Source: Tubiluchus corallicola (lineage: Eukaryota > Animalia > Priapulida). Taken from it: a DNA stretch of 64,000 nucleotides. This document shows, one piece after another, positions 39,967 to 53,890 of this stretch. The DNA lies in the NCBI GenBank assembly GCA_030141605.1, contig JAQGDQ010000210.1, forward strand, positions 320,553 through 384,552, read 5' to 3'. The translations under genes were made by a program, and so were the position numbers. Positions within the stretch are counted from its first letter, which is position 1. Each line of letters begins with the position of its first letter. The notes beneath the pieces were generated by a model that had not been told where the DNA came from, ran no database searches, and worked only from the letters and a program-made list of their open reading frames with translations.

Positions 39967-40647
39967 AGCACAAAGAAAACCCTCCACTTACATAAAGCTT
40001 AAAAAATTCGTCTTGAAATTTTATACCACTTACCGCCTTTTCGCTTGAAGGGTTTGCGTCGGAAGTAACACTGTAAAAAACTTATAAATTTAAACTCCCG
40101 CGGTGAGCGTTAGACGCAGCCATTCTGACGATAAGTCATTTGAAACAAATTTAGATAACACTGAGTAAAGTTTGAAAAAAGTAATCAAAGCGTTCATAGT
40201 GCACACGTTACTAACTAAGTAAAGTTTTAAAATGCTCTATCTTGTCAATTTTAAAATGTTCTATCTTGTCAATAAGATTAAAAGTACGTTTTTTGGTTAG
40301 TGAGTGGTGCACCCTGGAGAGTAAGTCAACGATTTTACCAATTGGCCTGAACATTTTAAATTATTATTTCTAGTTACGTAAGTCTTTTCAACACGTAAGC
40401 GAAATGCCAAGTAATATAGATTTGCATGGAAAGTAATTTAACATTGCCTTTTCTTCCACTGATTTTTGTTTGCGTATATGACGTAATGTAATGGCGACTT
40501 CGGAACTGTACTGCGGTATTTAAAATGAAAACAAACAAAAATTTCTTTTAACGCGAGTACGATATATGCATAAAATTGCTTTAAAGTAATCTAATTTTTT
40601 AAAGTGATTTTTCTGAAACCTACTTCAGGTACCAATTTTCTTGTCCT
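39967..40647. mobile_element. Kolobok-like family B, copy with both ends
   Basis: TTAA|AGCACAAAGAAAA … TTTTCTTGTCCT|TTAA. Confidence 0.83.
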
Positions 40648-41725
40648 TTAAACTTAATATAGAAATGCTGCGCTAACTACAATTTTTGTTTTTTGTTTTT
40701 ATTTATTTACGTGTTCGTTGTTCTAATTTGTCTCTGCTGATATATCAAACGTCCATTCGAGCTCGCGAAGAAACGAGTAAATTTTTACTGTTATTTCAGC
40801 TACATAATGCAAAAACACGACTTGAGTTTGTGATCAGTAATGTCTACGCAAACTAAATACCAGACGAGTGTTTATGGTCGCCCCGTGGGAAACCTTTCAA
40901 CATATAGCGGCTGCTGTCAACCCTCTAGAGTTTCTACTATTAAGAACCAACTATCAAAGGTTTCAAATTAATTACTCTACATTAGTGAGTTCATTAACGC
41001 TCATGGTACCTATTCAAGAAGCTGAGGGAAAACGTAAAAGAAATGACGAGAAATGACAAATGCATTATTGCAAAAAGGCTGTAAGAGAATGACTAAACAC
41101 ATGTTAAAGAATTCAGGAGTTGTACCCATCTTAGTGGTAATAGCAATCATCAACACTATATTTCCTGTATAGTCTTTGCCAACTAATTTAAAGTATTTTG
41201 ATAGAATTTTGACGTGTAATATGTAGCACATTATTATGGGAGCAAAGATCTAGAAATACTATCAATTGCTTGTAACCTAATAAATAAATGTTTTTTAAAT
41301 AGGAGGAAGCTATAGAGGCTTGTGTTTACGAAATTTAATCGTTAACATTTTTATCAATTTTAGAGTGTTCATTGTGTATGTGAAGTTGGGTTTATGACAT
41401 ACATCAGTGTTTGATGTTGTGCTACGTACGATCTTGTACTTATGTTTTGTCTGCTACTTTGTAAATAATGACCGTATAATGTTGTTAATGTACTTTCACT
41501 CAACAAATTATAAATTATTTCCAGCTTTTTCTTACTAATATCGACTATTTCTCATGTTCTATAATTGATGAAGCCTCAAACGACGAAAATATATCAATTG
41601 GAAAGCACAATAATATTATAGTGATGATGATTTATTATACAATTTAAAGTTTTAAAATGCAAAAAAGTCAATACTGCTGAACACATATATAGGCAGGTTA
41701 ATTAAAGGTAGCAATATTCACTTAC

Positions 41726-41773
41726 CAGGGCACAGATCAGGACCAAAAAGCAAACTTTTGCAGCACCCTTCAT
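41726..41773 (-). CDS. Secreted Tyr/Gly/Arg-rich peptide, first coding exon (MKGAAKVCFLVLICAL)
   Basis: Acceptor tttgttacag| 7 nt before ATG, donor CTG|gtaagt, phase 0. Joining to 38888 builds a complete 24-aa signal peptide; total 83 aa. Confidence 0.88.
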
Positions 41774-44700
41774 GATTTACCTGTAACAAAGAGTGCATAT
41801 GTTAATCATAATCTTGAAGACTTGTGTAAGGGTTTCTAGTACGTATCAAGTTTCAACTAGATTGCAGTTCCGGTGGTAAGATAGTACGTCTTCCATTAAC
41901 CCGATTTTACAAAATAAACTAACATATATATGAATTTATTCCACACCAACACATAAACATACGTGCAAATTGTTATTATATTGAAAAAAAATTATAAACT
42001 AAACGAGTTACTGTGAGGAGGATGAAAGAGAAGGAACTATGATTCGCTCATTTATTCATTTTATAAGTTTAAGATACAAGGAGATTTGTGGAGATAAAAT
42101 TTATTTTATAAGTTTAACATACAAAGAGATTTGTGGAGATAACTTCACGTTTAGGACTTTAGGTAAGTTTTTAATCGCTCCGAATTGCAAAAGTGCATTT
42201 ATATTCTTACTTTAATTTTTAGTATTTAAGGTGCCTAAAATTGCCCATGTGAACAATTAAAATAAATTTATAATGTATAACGTTAAGGAATAAGGTCTAA
42301 CTATAAAGATAAAGGCAGTGGACCAAAACAAAATGCGTTGCGTGCATTTTTGTAACGTTCGTAAGCCTTTTTGAATTACAAAAATAAATGAATTTATCGT
42401 AGAATTTTAATTAGATTGCAATATTAACGGGATTAAATTTGATGAAAAGTTTTCAATTAAGTTAGTTTATTCGTATATAATTCACCGATTTTTGACTTTT
42501 TTGCCGAGTTTGGTCGCGTTGATTGAATTGTCTTAAGACGTCATTATGTAGTGGGATCTTTATTAAGAAACTTGACCTTTAGTTCATCTTGTGCTTGAGA
42601 AGCGAGCTGGTATTCCAATGTTTTCACAGCTTTTCAGTATTTAAACACAGGGCGTTCACGATATTCTACCCTTTATGAGAATCAAGTTGTTTTCCTTATA
42701 TGCGTGAATTAATGAGTGCTAAAACCAGTATAGCTCAACCAACAAAAACATTCACAAATCTTCAAATAAAAACAATGGCGACTAGCAAAGCTATGATAAG
42801 AGCACTATCCTAAGGACAATCCAGGACAGGATAGTACAGGAACGATGCAACCCTGGCAGCCCAGCACCTATTACAGTTATAAGTACCCAATTAGTCAGTT
42901 TCTGAATTACATGGCGGCACGTACACAAAATATTTAGTTCAAACAACCTCCGTGTGGATTTGGTCGCAAAGGGGATTTTGCTGGAATTCTGGTCTTGCTA
43001 GAATTGGGATTCTTATAAGCTTCCGTAGAGGAGGCGACCTAGTTTTTTCAAGGACGAAAAAAATGAAGGGAGCCTATTGTTGCTCTTTGTTTGGTTAGCG
43101 TGGTTACTTAGTGTAGTCTGTAAGTGATCTTCTGACACTTGTCAGAGCTAAAAGCAATCAAGTTGTCAAAGGGGAAAGCAGGCCTCCCACGTATCCAAAA
43201 TGCAAAAAAGCGGCACTAAAGAACTGAAAAAATTAAACCTATAAAGAACTAAGGAAAGACGGAAGACGATACTATGTGAATCGAGAAGTTTTTTATAGTT
43301 TTTTAGCAACGTTAACTTTATCGCATCGTTTTATTTTCTCTTTGAGCCTTTTTACTTTAATCCACATAAACATATGAACATAAGTATTCAAAACAGATAT
43401 TAGCAACCTTTTGGTACTTCTTAAAACAGACAATTTATACCCTGTTCACACTACTTTATTTTACCCGGAATTTTCATTACGGACGCAGTGGGTGGAGAGT
43501 GGCCGTTAGATGTGTATGGTGTGCATACAGGGGCGAGGAGGTAAGGTAACCGTCCGTATTTTCACTACGAAAATAAGCAATAACAAGCAAAGTTAAAAAT
43601 TAATGTTTATTCTGAAGCTTCCAAAGCACCTAGTGTGTTGTTTTGGAACTACAAATTATTCAAGATTGTCACAGTTTGTTTGCAAGGGAGCAAAAAGAAA
43701 TAACTGTTGATCATATATTTCCACTTATAATCGAACTAAGTAGTATTTATCTTCTGCATTTGACTATAGTAAAAAAGTCTCTAAAATATTGATTGATTCG
43801 ATACGAATAGAATATACGGAATTGTATTAGTAAATTCCCTGTTACATAACAAAAACATCTGTGATACAGGTAAACACCTAAAAACGTTTGTTGAAAGTTG
43901 TGTAGTCTGTATGTGGGGGTCTGGCTTTCTGTGTATGCGATTCGTACAGGGAGAGTCAAAAAATCAGGAAAACATGCCTATATGATGTACTTAAATGCCC
44001 CTCAGATCGAGATCAAGTTGCAAGCAAATCTATTTACACGAGGAATTTCAACTTCTTTTACTGCTTAACAGTAAAGGAGCTCCAATAAGCACTTAGATAT
44101 TATTGTTGGTTCCATTACGTAATATAGAACCTCACTTACGCACCATAAAAGTGTCTTGAAATTGCACTTGACAGTGCAAAGGTTTTGACAGTAAATCTAC
44201 TTTAGCGAATTATTAAAGCAATTTTTAGAAAAACTGAAACTAAAATTCAGGTTTCGCAAAAATTACTATACTACAGTTGTCTATAGGCATAAGTGCACCG
44301 TAACTGTAACCGTAATTTGGAAACGTAACAGTAACAGTAAAGTAACCGTAACTTGGAAACGAAAACGTGACACTTTTTGCAGCAAAAAATGCAATAGTTA
44401 GTTTAAACTGCCATTGGGCAATATATAAAATTCTTTATTGCATACACCTGCGTAATACGTGTGTAATAACATAATTTAAAAATTCGTTTCTTTTTCTCAG
44501 CCACTCAATTTCAATGTAGAACCTCTTTGTGCAATATAATGTGGAACTTAATTCAGTCGCATGTCATTAATTTTTTTTAATATTAATTAGCTAGGTAAGT
44601 AAATAGCAAGCAAAATATTTAATCAAACATTCAATTTCGAATCTCTTTGTAAGATTACTCATTCAACAGCTGCGTGTGAAAAAATATAATATAATATCGT

Positions 44701-44852
44701 GTACATCGATGCGTATACAAATCATTAACTACATATACTAAAACTTATTTTTCAAATAAATGTTTCAAAAACCAATGATGTTTACCTAAATAAATCACTT
44801 TCTTCCATTCTAAAGTAAACATAAACACTGTGTAAGCAAAGTAAATACTCAC

Positions 44853-44939
44853 CTGCAGATTACGATCTTATCCTTCTCTTTTAAATGTCACCAACGCACC
44901 TGGGTTCTCAAGACCAGACAGGTAACTGGGCTTTATATA
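44853..44939 (-). promoter_or_regulatory. TATA box and probable non-coding exon 1 of the Tyr/Gly/Arg peptide gene
   Basis: TATATAAAG at 44939-44931, followed about 80 nt later by a strong donor CAG|GTGAGT at 44853/44852, with no ATG in between. Confidence 0.65.
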
Positions 44940-45249
44940 GTCATGCGTTTGACAGGTGTGGCAGCATTCATGGTTCGTGATCCCAATTAATTTAGCCGGG
45001 AGACTGGAGCTAATGCGACGAGTTGCTGGCCTTGACCAGAGCCACTGGTCACGTTTCATCATGTACTCACAGTTAATGGTCAACAAAAAAAACCGTTGCA
45101 GATGAGAGCAGGGTTAATAAGAGAGGTTCAACCGGAACACGCCGCCCTGCAGTCAAGCAGCCGTGGAACTTAGATAATAATCAAGAAAGAAGAAACAAAT
45201 TGCCGGATATATTTCAATAAAGTACAAGGAACCAATATTCTTATAAAAA

Positions 45250-45835
45250 CGAAACAAATACATCTTGAAATTTTGTATCACATACAAGCTGTCTTGCTGC
45301 ATACAGAGCTTGCGTTAGCAGCAACGCTGTATAAACTCTAACGAAGACCGTTAGGCGCATGCATTTTAACGGCAAGTCGTTTGAAACAAGTTTGGATAAC
45401 AATATGCAAAAGTTCGAAAAAAAATCATAGCACTCGTAGCACACACTTCAATTAACAGAGGAAAAGTGCAAATTGCTTGGTCTTGCCAATAAGATAAATA
45501 GTACATTTTTGGTGAACCAGTGACGTTTTCTAGTGCACACTAGGATAGTGAAACAGTGACGTTTGCCAGCCGGCTTGCGGATGCGGATGCGTTTTGGAGG
45601 GCGTGCGGAATAGATAAAATCGGTTTATATTGTTTTCGATGAACCCGTTTATGCAGCCTGCGCATGCCTTTTTTCTGTAGCTATTTCCTATTGATTTTTT
45701 TCCGCAGGCTGTTCCGCATTAGAAAACGCATCCGCATCCGCATGCTGCATAAACGCAACGTAATGCAAAGAACTGCAATATAACTGTGTATGGAAAGTTT
45801 TTTGAGATGTACTATAAAATTCCCTTTTCTTCCCC
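45250..45835. mobile_element. Kolobok-like family B remnant with a nested Harbinger-like MITE (~45570-45760)
   Basis: Family B blocks flank an insert bounded by inverted tgcggatgcggatgcgtttt / aaaacgcatccgcatccgca; the insert core is shared with 61112-61297. Confidence 0.65.
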
Positions 45836-48800
45836 TTTAAGTTTTTTTGTTGTAAACAAAAGTCAAAATTAAAAACTTGGTCATTATCGTCACCATTTTG
45901 CAACAATCAACTTAATTTTTTAATAGCAAATTTTTAGCTCTTCCCTATAATTTTCAACTTGCAATTATTCACTGAAAGGAACTCATTAACACAGTTGTAT
46001 CGAGGTAGTAGTTTGCACTCTGCAAAAGTTGATAAAATGATAAATTGTAAAACATTTTTCGCTTTTTAGTTCTGAAGTACCCTCAATAGGTCTGGCTCCT
46101 GAAGCCAATAAACCAGTAACCAGGTAGTCAGGCATTTTATTATGACGTCATAGAAATGTACTTTGAACTCGAACCTCAAAACTGCTAGTGGTGACTCGAA
46201 CAAAGTTGATTATTTATTAACTGTCGTGACTTTAATGTGTTTGGTACAATGTCATCTCTTTGTCTTATCTCCTAAAATATTTTCTTTTTTCTCTTCTATC
46301 CTATTTCCTGTACATAGCTTGATAGATAGATACATAGATGGATTATTACACAGTGTTTTGTATAGGCGCATAGACACATATATATTTATATATATCATGT
46401 GCATTACATAAGCTTCTATATATGCATGAGTAATTATACACACACATATATGTATATATATATATATATATAATTGATAAAATGATAAATTAATAAAGCA
46501 TATATCAATTATATGTAACATTTGCAACACTATGCCCTGTAAATAGAGGGCTTGATATGGAATTAATTTTTGAATAAAAGCTTTACAACAATAATAATAG
46601 CTGCTGCTATAGCTGATGGTCCTGATATTACGCTTGCTCTTACTAGTGCAGCTCGTCTTGCTGGTGAGGTTTGCCATTATACCGCATCAAATTTAATTAT
46701 TGAAAATTGTCGTATAACAAAACAGAAGTAAAATGAAATGGTGTTTGCATAGTGCTGGCGCTCTAACAACGGTAGATGTGGAGTGTGCGGTTTGTGCGGT
46801 AATGCACAACTCTTATTGTCATTTGTGTAACCACACATAAACTACACCATGCACATTCCGGATAACCGCTGCCGCATCAGTCGCACGTAACGTTGCCGCA
46901 TGTTTCCGCTGCAGATGAACATACCCTTAATTGTAATTTGTTATTTCCACATTTTCACAATTCATCGCAAACGAACTGCCAAGGACAGTTCTTAAAGTTC
47001 ACTACTCCGAGTCACCTGACCAATGACGTCATACGGGTGGCATGCAGCGTTTAATTACTACAAATGCAGAATGCTTTTATTGAAAACAAAACTCAAATTT
47101 TAATTCTAAAAGGTTGTAGTTGTAGATAGGCTGATCCATAATAATGTTTCCAATGCAATTAAACGTTGCGTTTACTAGGGAAATGACACTCAAGTATAGT
47201 TAATTATAGTGGATTGTGATACTTTACTTTAAGAGAAAAATAGCAGCTGATATTCTGGTATTCAAACATTTATTCTAGTAAATGATATTGCTTAAGAAAA
47301 GAGAGTTTTTAGCTAAATAAAAGAAATATGTTTGCAGGTAATCAATAAAATCGGGCCCTTGGCACATCTATAAGCAATGATCCATACTTAATTTGACTTC
47401 CAGGAATTCTTGGATAACGATGTTAATTGCAGTGGTTGGGCCGGTCAAAGCAAACTAATAGGCTAGCATATTAGCGTAAGATAAATGTTCCTGCTTACAA
47501 ACAAAACGGGAACAAAGCGGATAAAAGCGAACTAAGATGATATAAAAGTCATAAAAGCTTATTAGTCACACGAAAGTGTCTTATGGAAGCACGTGAAGCA
47601 AAAAATTGAGTCAATTATGTGGAGCTATTGAGTCAGTTACCGACAGTTTCTATGTACATTTGAATCGAAGCGGCCCGTACCAGGCGTTTTTGAGTCAATT
47701 AAGCGATTGAGTCTATTAACCGTGAGTCTATTAAGCGTCGCCTACTTTATTAACCAACACAGGAATGCACTAATTACCGGGATAACATGAATCTTCTAAA
47801 TTAACACCTAAGGGTTTAAGTGCCTTTTAGCAAAATTTTTGCAAATAAGACATCATAACACCCGAAAATAGATTTCATTGGTTACTTAGCCCCTGCATTT
47901 GATGATAGCCCAAACGTGTTCTAGAAAGACACAGAGTGTACGCTGACTGTCACCCCTTCAAGTCGTTCTTTCGTTATTATCTAACTTTCAATATCAACAC
48001 AGCGTACTTCTTAAAGATATTGTGACTAGTGCAGTAGAATAATACTATTAAAACCGTAATTAGAGACATTTAACAAGTACATAAGTACGTTCTCGAAGAA
48101 TTTGATGAGCACCTTCACATTCATGATAACGCCTTAGAAAGATAATGTTGACTAATGTAATGTTCTGATCACGACAAGTGCAGCATAATTAATGTTTGCT
48201 TTCGCGTGAAGATTTAAATTTCAATTTCATCTGCTAGTCACGTGCGATTGCTAACCAATCATGATTAAAACCTAAAATAACGCTGCGTAATTGTCAGGTA
48301 AAACGAGAAAATATTGTTAATCTTCAATATCGATCACGCAGTTGATAGAAAATCCCAGTATAAAACGAAACGGTTCGCTGTTTCAGCCTATTGTAAGAAT
48401 ATCTCCAAGCCAAAAAGAAAAACGAAAACAAAAACGAACACTAAATACACTTTTTTGATATTTTTAAATACTTTATCGCATTTACTGATAACCGTAAAAG
48501 TACGGCGTTTACTAGCCAACAAAAAACCGTGAAGAACAACAACGATGGACTACGTGTACAAAAATGTACCTAATTTCTAGAAGAAATTCTCAAATCGTTT
48601 GTGGTGGGTTAAGGCCAAAGCGAGAAAAAATGAAACTGTTTGTGGTGTGTTATCAGAAGCTAGGGATAAAAGAAAACAGTTTTGGGGTGTAAATCAAAGA
48701 ATAAGCCCAAATTTGTAATATTGCTGAATTAAAATCAATAGTTAGAATTTATGGGCTGCGGAAGACATATTCGTTACTGGAGGAGTCGTGTTTATATCGA

Positions 48801-49426
48801 ATGATATTATATATAGTCATGAATTAACCTTTTAATTGGGTTTTTATAATTATATAAAGTAAATTCTTGCTTTACTTCGTTTTTAGTGTGCTTGTAAATA
48901 ATAATAATTTTATTTTACCGTTTTATATTTTATATGACAATAAACTTAAACTTTAACTTGAACATTACGTACAACGTTTGGTTATTCCATAAGTTTATTG
49001 CAGTTTGGGTATTCTTTCGTGTCCATATTTGTTTTTTGTCGATATTTGTTTTACATTCATTGTTCTTGCATTTTTGAGTATGGTTTTAAGAAAAGGAATT
49101 TTATTATTTAAAATGGAACAGTAATGCTATGGATATACTTATAGAAAAAGAGCAAGGTATGATAATGTGTTTATGACTGAACTATTGGGAGATTCGTCAT
49201 TGCTCTCTGTCACTGGTTAGATATCATCTTCTTTGACTTATATTTCGATTCCAGTTCTAATTCTTAATGCGTAGTTCTGTACTGTGTTTATTTTGTTTAA
49301 ACGTTTAGCATCCATATTATCGTAAAAGGTGCGTTCATAAGCATAGTGAGATAAACTACACAGATTACAAGTTTTGGTCTATTTGTAATTTTTTCTATAA
49401 ATTTAACTGGCCTCTAATTTGTTTTT

Positions 49427-49551
49427 TGGCGCGTTCAGAGGTAGAGATTTCTCTCGCAACTTGTTGCGCAACTTTTCTCTGAGATAAAGTTGCAATGCGT
49501 GAATGGTTTAGCAACTTCTCTCCCAATTTGTTGCAACGTGTGAACGCGCCA
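49427..49551. mobile_element. Small Harbinger-like MITE
   Basis: Terminal inverted repeat TGGCGCGTTCA / TGAACGCGCCA with internal gcaac/gttgc repeats. Confidence 0.6.
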
Positions 49552-51197
49552 CTAGGTAATGTGATAGGTAAGAGCGTTCACACTAGTGGATTCCTTAACA
49601 GATTTATTATTTACTTGCATTACTTTATCATTTCTTTGCACAAGAGAACTTGTACCATTTACTACGTATTGATGTGGCCGTAACATCATAAATTCGGTTT
49701 TGTCTTCATTTGTTAATAATTTATGATAATCAAATTCGCCTTTTGATGATCAAAATAACTCAAAAATCAAAGATGACGTTTATTAAATCATTTTTGAGTT
49801 TTGAAATGGCAATATCTTTACTTTTGTCTGGTGACTATAAGCTGTTGTCATCGATAAGTTGTGTTGTATTGCTGCTACCTAATATTTTGTAGATGCATTG
49901 ACGTACAGAGAGAACAACAACGGGCGGAGGATTGTTCTTTGTGGAATACCTCTGGGCAATGATCAGCAGAGGCATTCCACACGGAACAGTTTTCGGCCAT
50001 TTTTTGCTCTCGTTAAGCAATGGATTTTTTCCTGTGTTGTCTTTGTAATGAACGTCAACGAATCTAATTTAAATTAAAATAAAACATTAGCTAACTCCTA
50101 CAACAAACTTTTTGTAAGGATTTCGTGTAATCGACACCATTAAAAATTGTAGCGATTACTCCTGGACAATTGTGTCTGGATTATATCTGACATTCTGTTC
50201 CAGCCATTTCCCTTCTTCATAGAACATGTTAACCGCATGCCATGAGGGTGGCTACGACACCTCTACCGGTTTAATGTCTCTCTTTATTTGTCTTATCCCC
50301 CTCTCATTTAAATATTTGTATAAAATCATTCCAAAAATTCTATGCACAAAGAAAGCAAACCTGCAGTGCAACAAACTTAGCGAATGTGCAGAATGGCGGA
50401 AAGAACAACCCGCCTGCTAAAAATAAAATGTTTTCACAATAAATGTAGTCGCTCATCAAAGTTCTAGCTTGTTACACTGAAATGCGCAACAAAAACTCGG
50501 TTTTCAAATGTCACGTGTGAAATCGTCAATGCCTTCAAGCACTGCGATTTAAAGCTTCATAAAATACTGGAAAAGCAATGCTAACGGTGCTAATTAAGGC
50601 AAAGCGATTCGTTTACCTGCACGTCCCTACACATTCAACGCTTATAAATAACTCGTTTCGATTTATTAACCTTTTAAGCTGACAAAGCTCTGCCTAGATT
50701 TTGTCTAACTAAGAGATCTTGTATTTCTCTCCAGTATTTGTAGCTACTTGCAAATTCAGTTATCATTTCGCTTGTGATCGATTACTGCTTTAATTGTTAA
50801 AACTTATAGTTTTTATTATGCAAATTTCAGGGCGACGAAATAGCCGAATAGTTACCGGTGCTGAAATTAAGCACCGTTAGCCTGTTTAGAAAATGGATAG
50901 CTATCTTTTCTGGAAACTGAAACCAGCTGTCATACTGCCTCTGGTTATTTCTCCAGCTGCGGGAGGAGGTTTAGGCAACCGAGCGTCATGTCTCTGCATA
51001 TCTCATCTTAGATGATCATCCTTGTAGAAGAAATGGGTTCCAGTCTGACCGCAGCCGTCTATAATAATTCAATTCAATTTATTGCTCAAATACATATAAT
51101 GTACATTGGCCAAACACGGTACAGTACATACGTGTCAAACAGTGCATACATATAAAATTAATTCATATAAGCTTTGTGCAAAAGGTTATTTTCAGTG

Positions 51198-51198
<1 letters not shown>

Positions 51199-51264
<66 letters not shown>
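51199..51264. repeat. (AAT)n microsatellite
   Basis: Directly visible. Confidence 0.95.
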
Positions 51265-51265
<1 letters not shown>

Positions 51266-53321
51266 TTCACATTTTTGGTATAATTTGTATTAACATAGAT
51301 AAGTTAGCAAACTAATTAAAAAGAAGTACACTGATACAAAATCACAGTATTTTTCAGCAATGAAAGAAAGGCAAAAATGACTTGAGTAGTATTTGTTTCA
51401 GCTATTTGGATAAACGTTTAAAATGAATAATTAACGAATGAGTTATGAAAAAATTATGATCAAAGTTTGCTGCCGTAATGCTCATTTCTTCTTTCCTGGA
51501 TATCGGAGATGTTGCCGACTTAAGTTCCTTGTACTAATAAGACATTTAGCAAGCCATTGATAATAACATTAGCTCGTCAATATTTACATCCTTCGGTACT
51601 TCTTTTGCATCTTCGCTTCGCCTCGGGCATTAATCACATCATCGGCTTCAAATCAATCACAATGCATAGAAAATTTGTGTAATTGTTATTCTAGTAGCAA
51701 TACAAGGAGTATTCTCTGGATATTAATGTTCAAATGTAGGCCTAATTTAAACATTGGTAGTCTTAAATGATAATGGCAGGACATTAAGAGTCTATTACGA
51801 AAAACAAGGCTGCTAAAAAAGAAAGTAGGAAAGAGTGGCACTCTAATGATATCACAGATTTAGATGGCATCAATCGCATTTATGGTAAATGACATCTGAG
51901 TTTAATTATTTACAGAAACGTTTTCCAAGATCTTTGACCACCGTTCTTTCAAACCTTGTCTTCAATAAAAAAAATGCATATAGCAACGCAGTGTATCCGT
52001 TATTAAGTATTACATATTTGTATTCTATGTATACTCATGGATCTCAAATTTATCAAAGCTGTTTATATGCAAGGAATACCGGAAAAGACATGGCTATTTA
52101 ATCCAACACAATCATCTGCAACATTCTAAACATAACCATCATGATCACACAATTCTACCTAGCAAAAATATGATGTATAAAAATTAATATTCAGGTCCAA
52201 CTATCCACATTGTTAAGGTTAAAAAGTTGTAGATGATTGGGTCTGAATAAAAGCCTTGTCCTTGCTTAAGTGTGTGCTGGCGATCTTAAGAATTTGCATT
52301 CCCATCAGCAATAAGTACATCTAAAACATTACTATACAGCAGTTACTATGTGTAGGCGTCAAGGCTTAATAAGAGATTTGTGCCAAGATAACAGCACCTG
52401 CTATTTTTTGTACCATAATGATCACAGAAAGAAGATTTTAACCATAATATATGAAACTATTTTTATAGGCATTTATTTGAAATAATTGACTTTGCCAAAC
52501 AGCAGATAAATGCTGATCTAGTTGCCACAGGTTGCAAAATTTTCAGAAGTGCAGTTTAACAAGTCTATCACGAAATATACATAACTATTCCAGTTGTTAA
52601 TTAAAATAATTAAAATGGCTAGATGGACCAATATATTGAAACTGGTTCGGTATTAATACTAAAAAACTAGGTTTCCGCATTCTGGAATTATAGCTTTGTG
52701 CATTATCTCTTCAGATGAAACCATATGTAACTGGCTAGACTCTACTAATGCTAACTAGCTTAGTTATATCGTAACGCACAATGTTCTAGATCTCAGTACG
52801 AAGATTAATTGTTGTACATTTCCCATGAGTTATAGACTGAATGTCGAGTCTGTTGATTCAGTGCATGTAACCTTTAGCATTACAACAATACTGATACAAG
52901 ATGCTTCAGGTGAACACAAAACATATAAAAAGAATTTTTCGCTTTGTTCGTCATTTTTGCTCACGTCACGGAATACCTCTATAGATGCATGAATTCAATT
53001 TCTCTAGCAACACGTATAGCAGTCCTACTTTTTCTAGGTTTTCTCCAAATCACTCTTGTTGTGATAATAATGAGATGACAACAAAGCTAATGACTTAAGG
53101 TCAAATAATTTTGGAACCAGTGATCAAAAGCTTTAGTTTGACCACTGTTAGGTACGTTTCGTATTCACCGTAAGAATGACATGCGAAAAACGGGAATACT
53201 CACTGACTGATTTGATTTAAATCTTTATTTCAAATCGTTCTTTCAAGACTTGTTCATATAAAAATACACAATATGCACAACAAGTGTTACAAAAAGGAAA
53301 ATATAAAATGCACTTAAAATA

Positions 53322-53890
53322 CACTGACTGACTGACTGACTGACTGACTGACTGACTGACTGAATGACTGACTGACTGACTGACTGACTGACTGACTGAC
53401 TGACTGACTGACTGACTGACTCACTGACTGACTGACTAACTGGATGACTGACTCACTGGCTAAACTGAAATGACTGATTGACTGATTGGCTGACTGACTG
53501 ATTCGCTGACTAAACTGAACTGATAGACTGACTCACTGACTAGACTGACTGACTGACTGACTGACTGAATGAATGAATGAATGAATGAATGAATGAATGA
53601 ATGAATGAATGAATGAATGAATGAATGAATGAATGAATGAATGAATGAATGAATGAATGAATGAATGAATGAATGAATAAACTGAACTGACTGGCTGGCT
53701 GACTGACTTACTGACTAATCTGAAACAATGAATGAATGAATGACGACCAACCGACCGACTGACTGGTAGAGACACAAACAAACAGGCAGGCAAATCGAAT
53801 GACAGACAAATGGAAGAGTGAGCAAACAAACAAACTGAGAATTAGTGGACAAACAAACAAACAAACAAACAGTCGAATAAACAGCAAACC
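53322..53890. repeat. Compound tetranucleotide satellite (ACTG)n-(GAAT)n-(ACAA)n
   Basis: Directly visible. Confidence 0.95.

Noticed and set aside
42058-42142. Short two-copy direct repeats (also 54663-54724)
   Set aside because: Simple local duplications with no further structure.
49590-52900. Very decayed LINE-like patches (e.g. GIPHGTVFG near 49970)
   Set aside because: Too degenerate to delimit or classify by eye.
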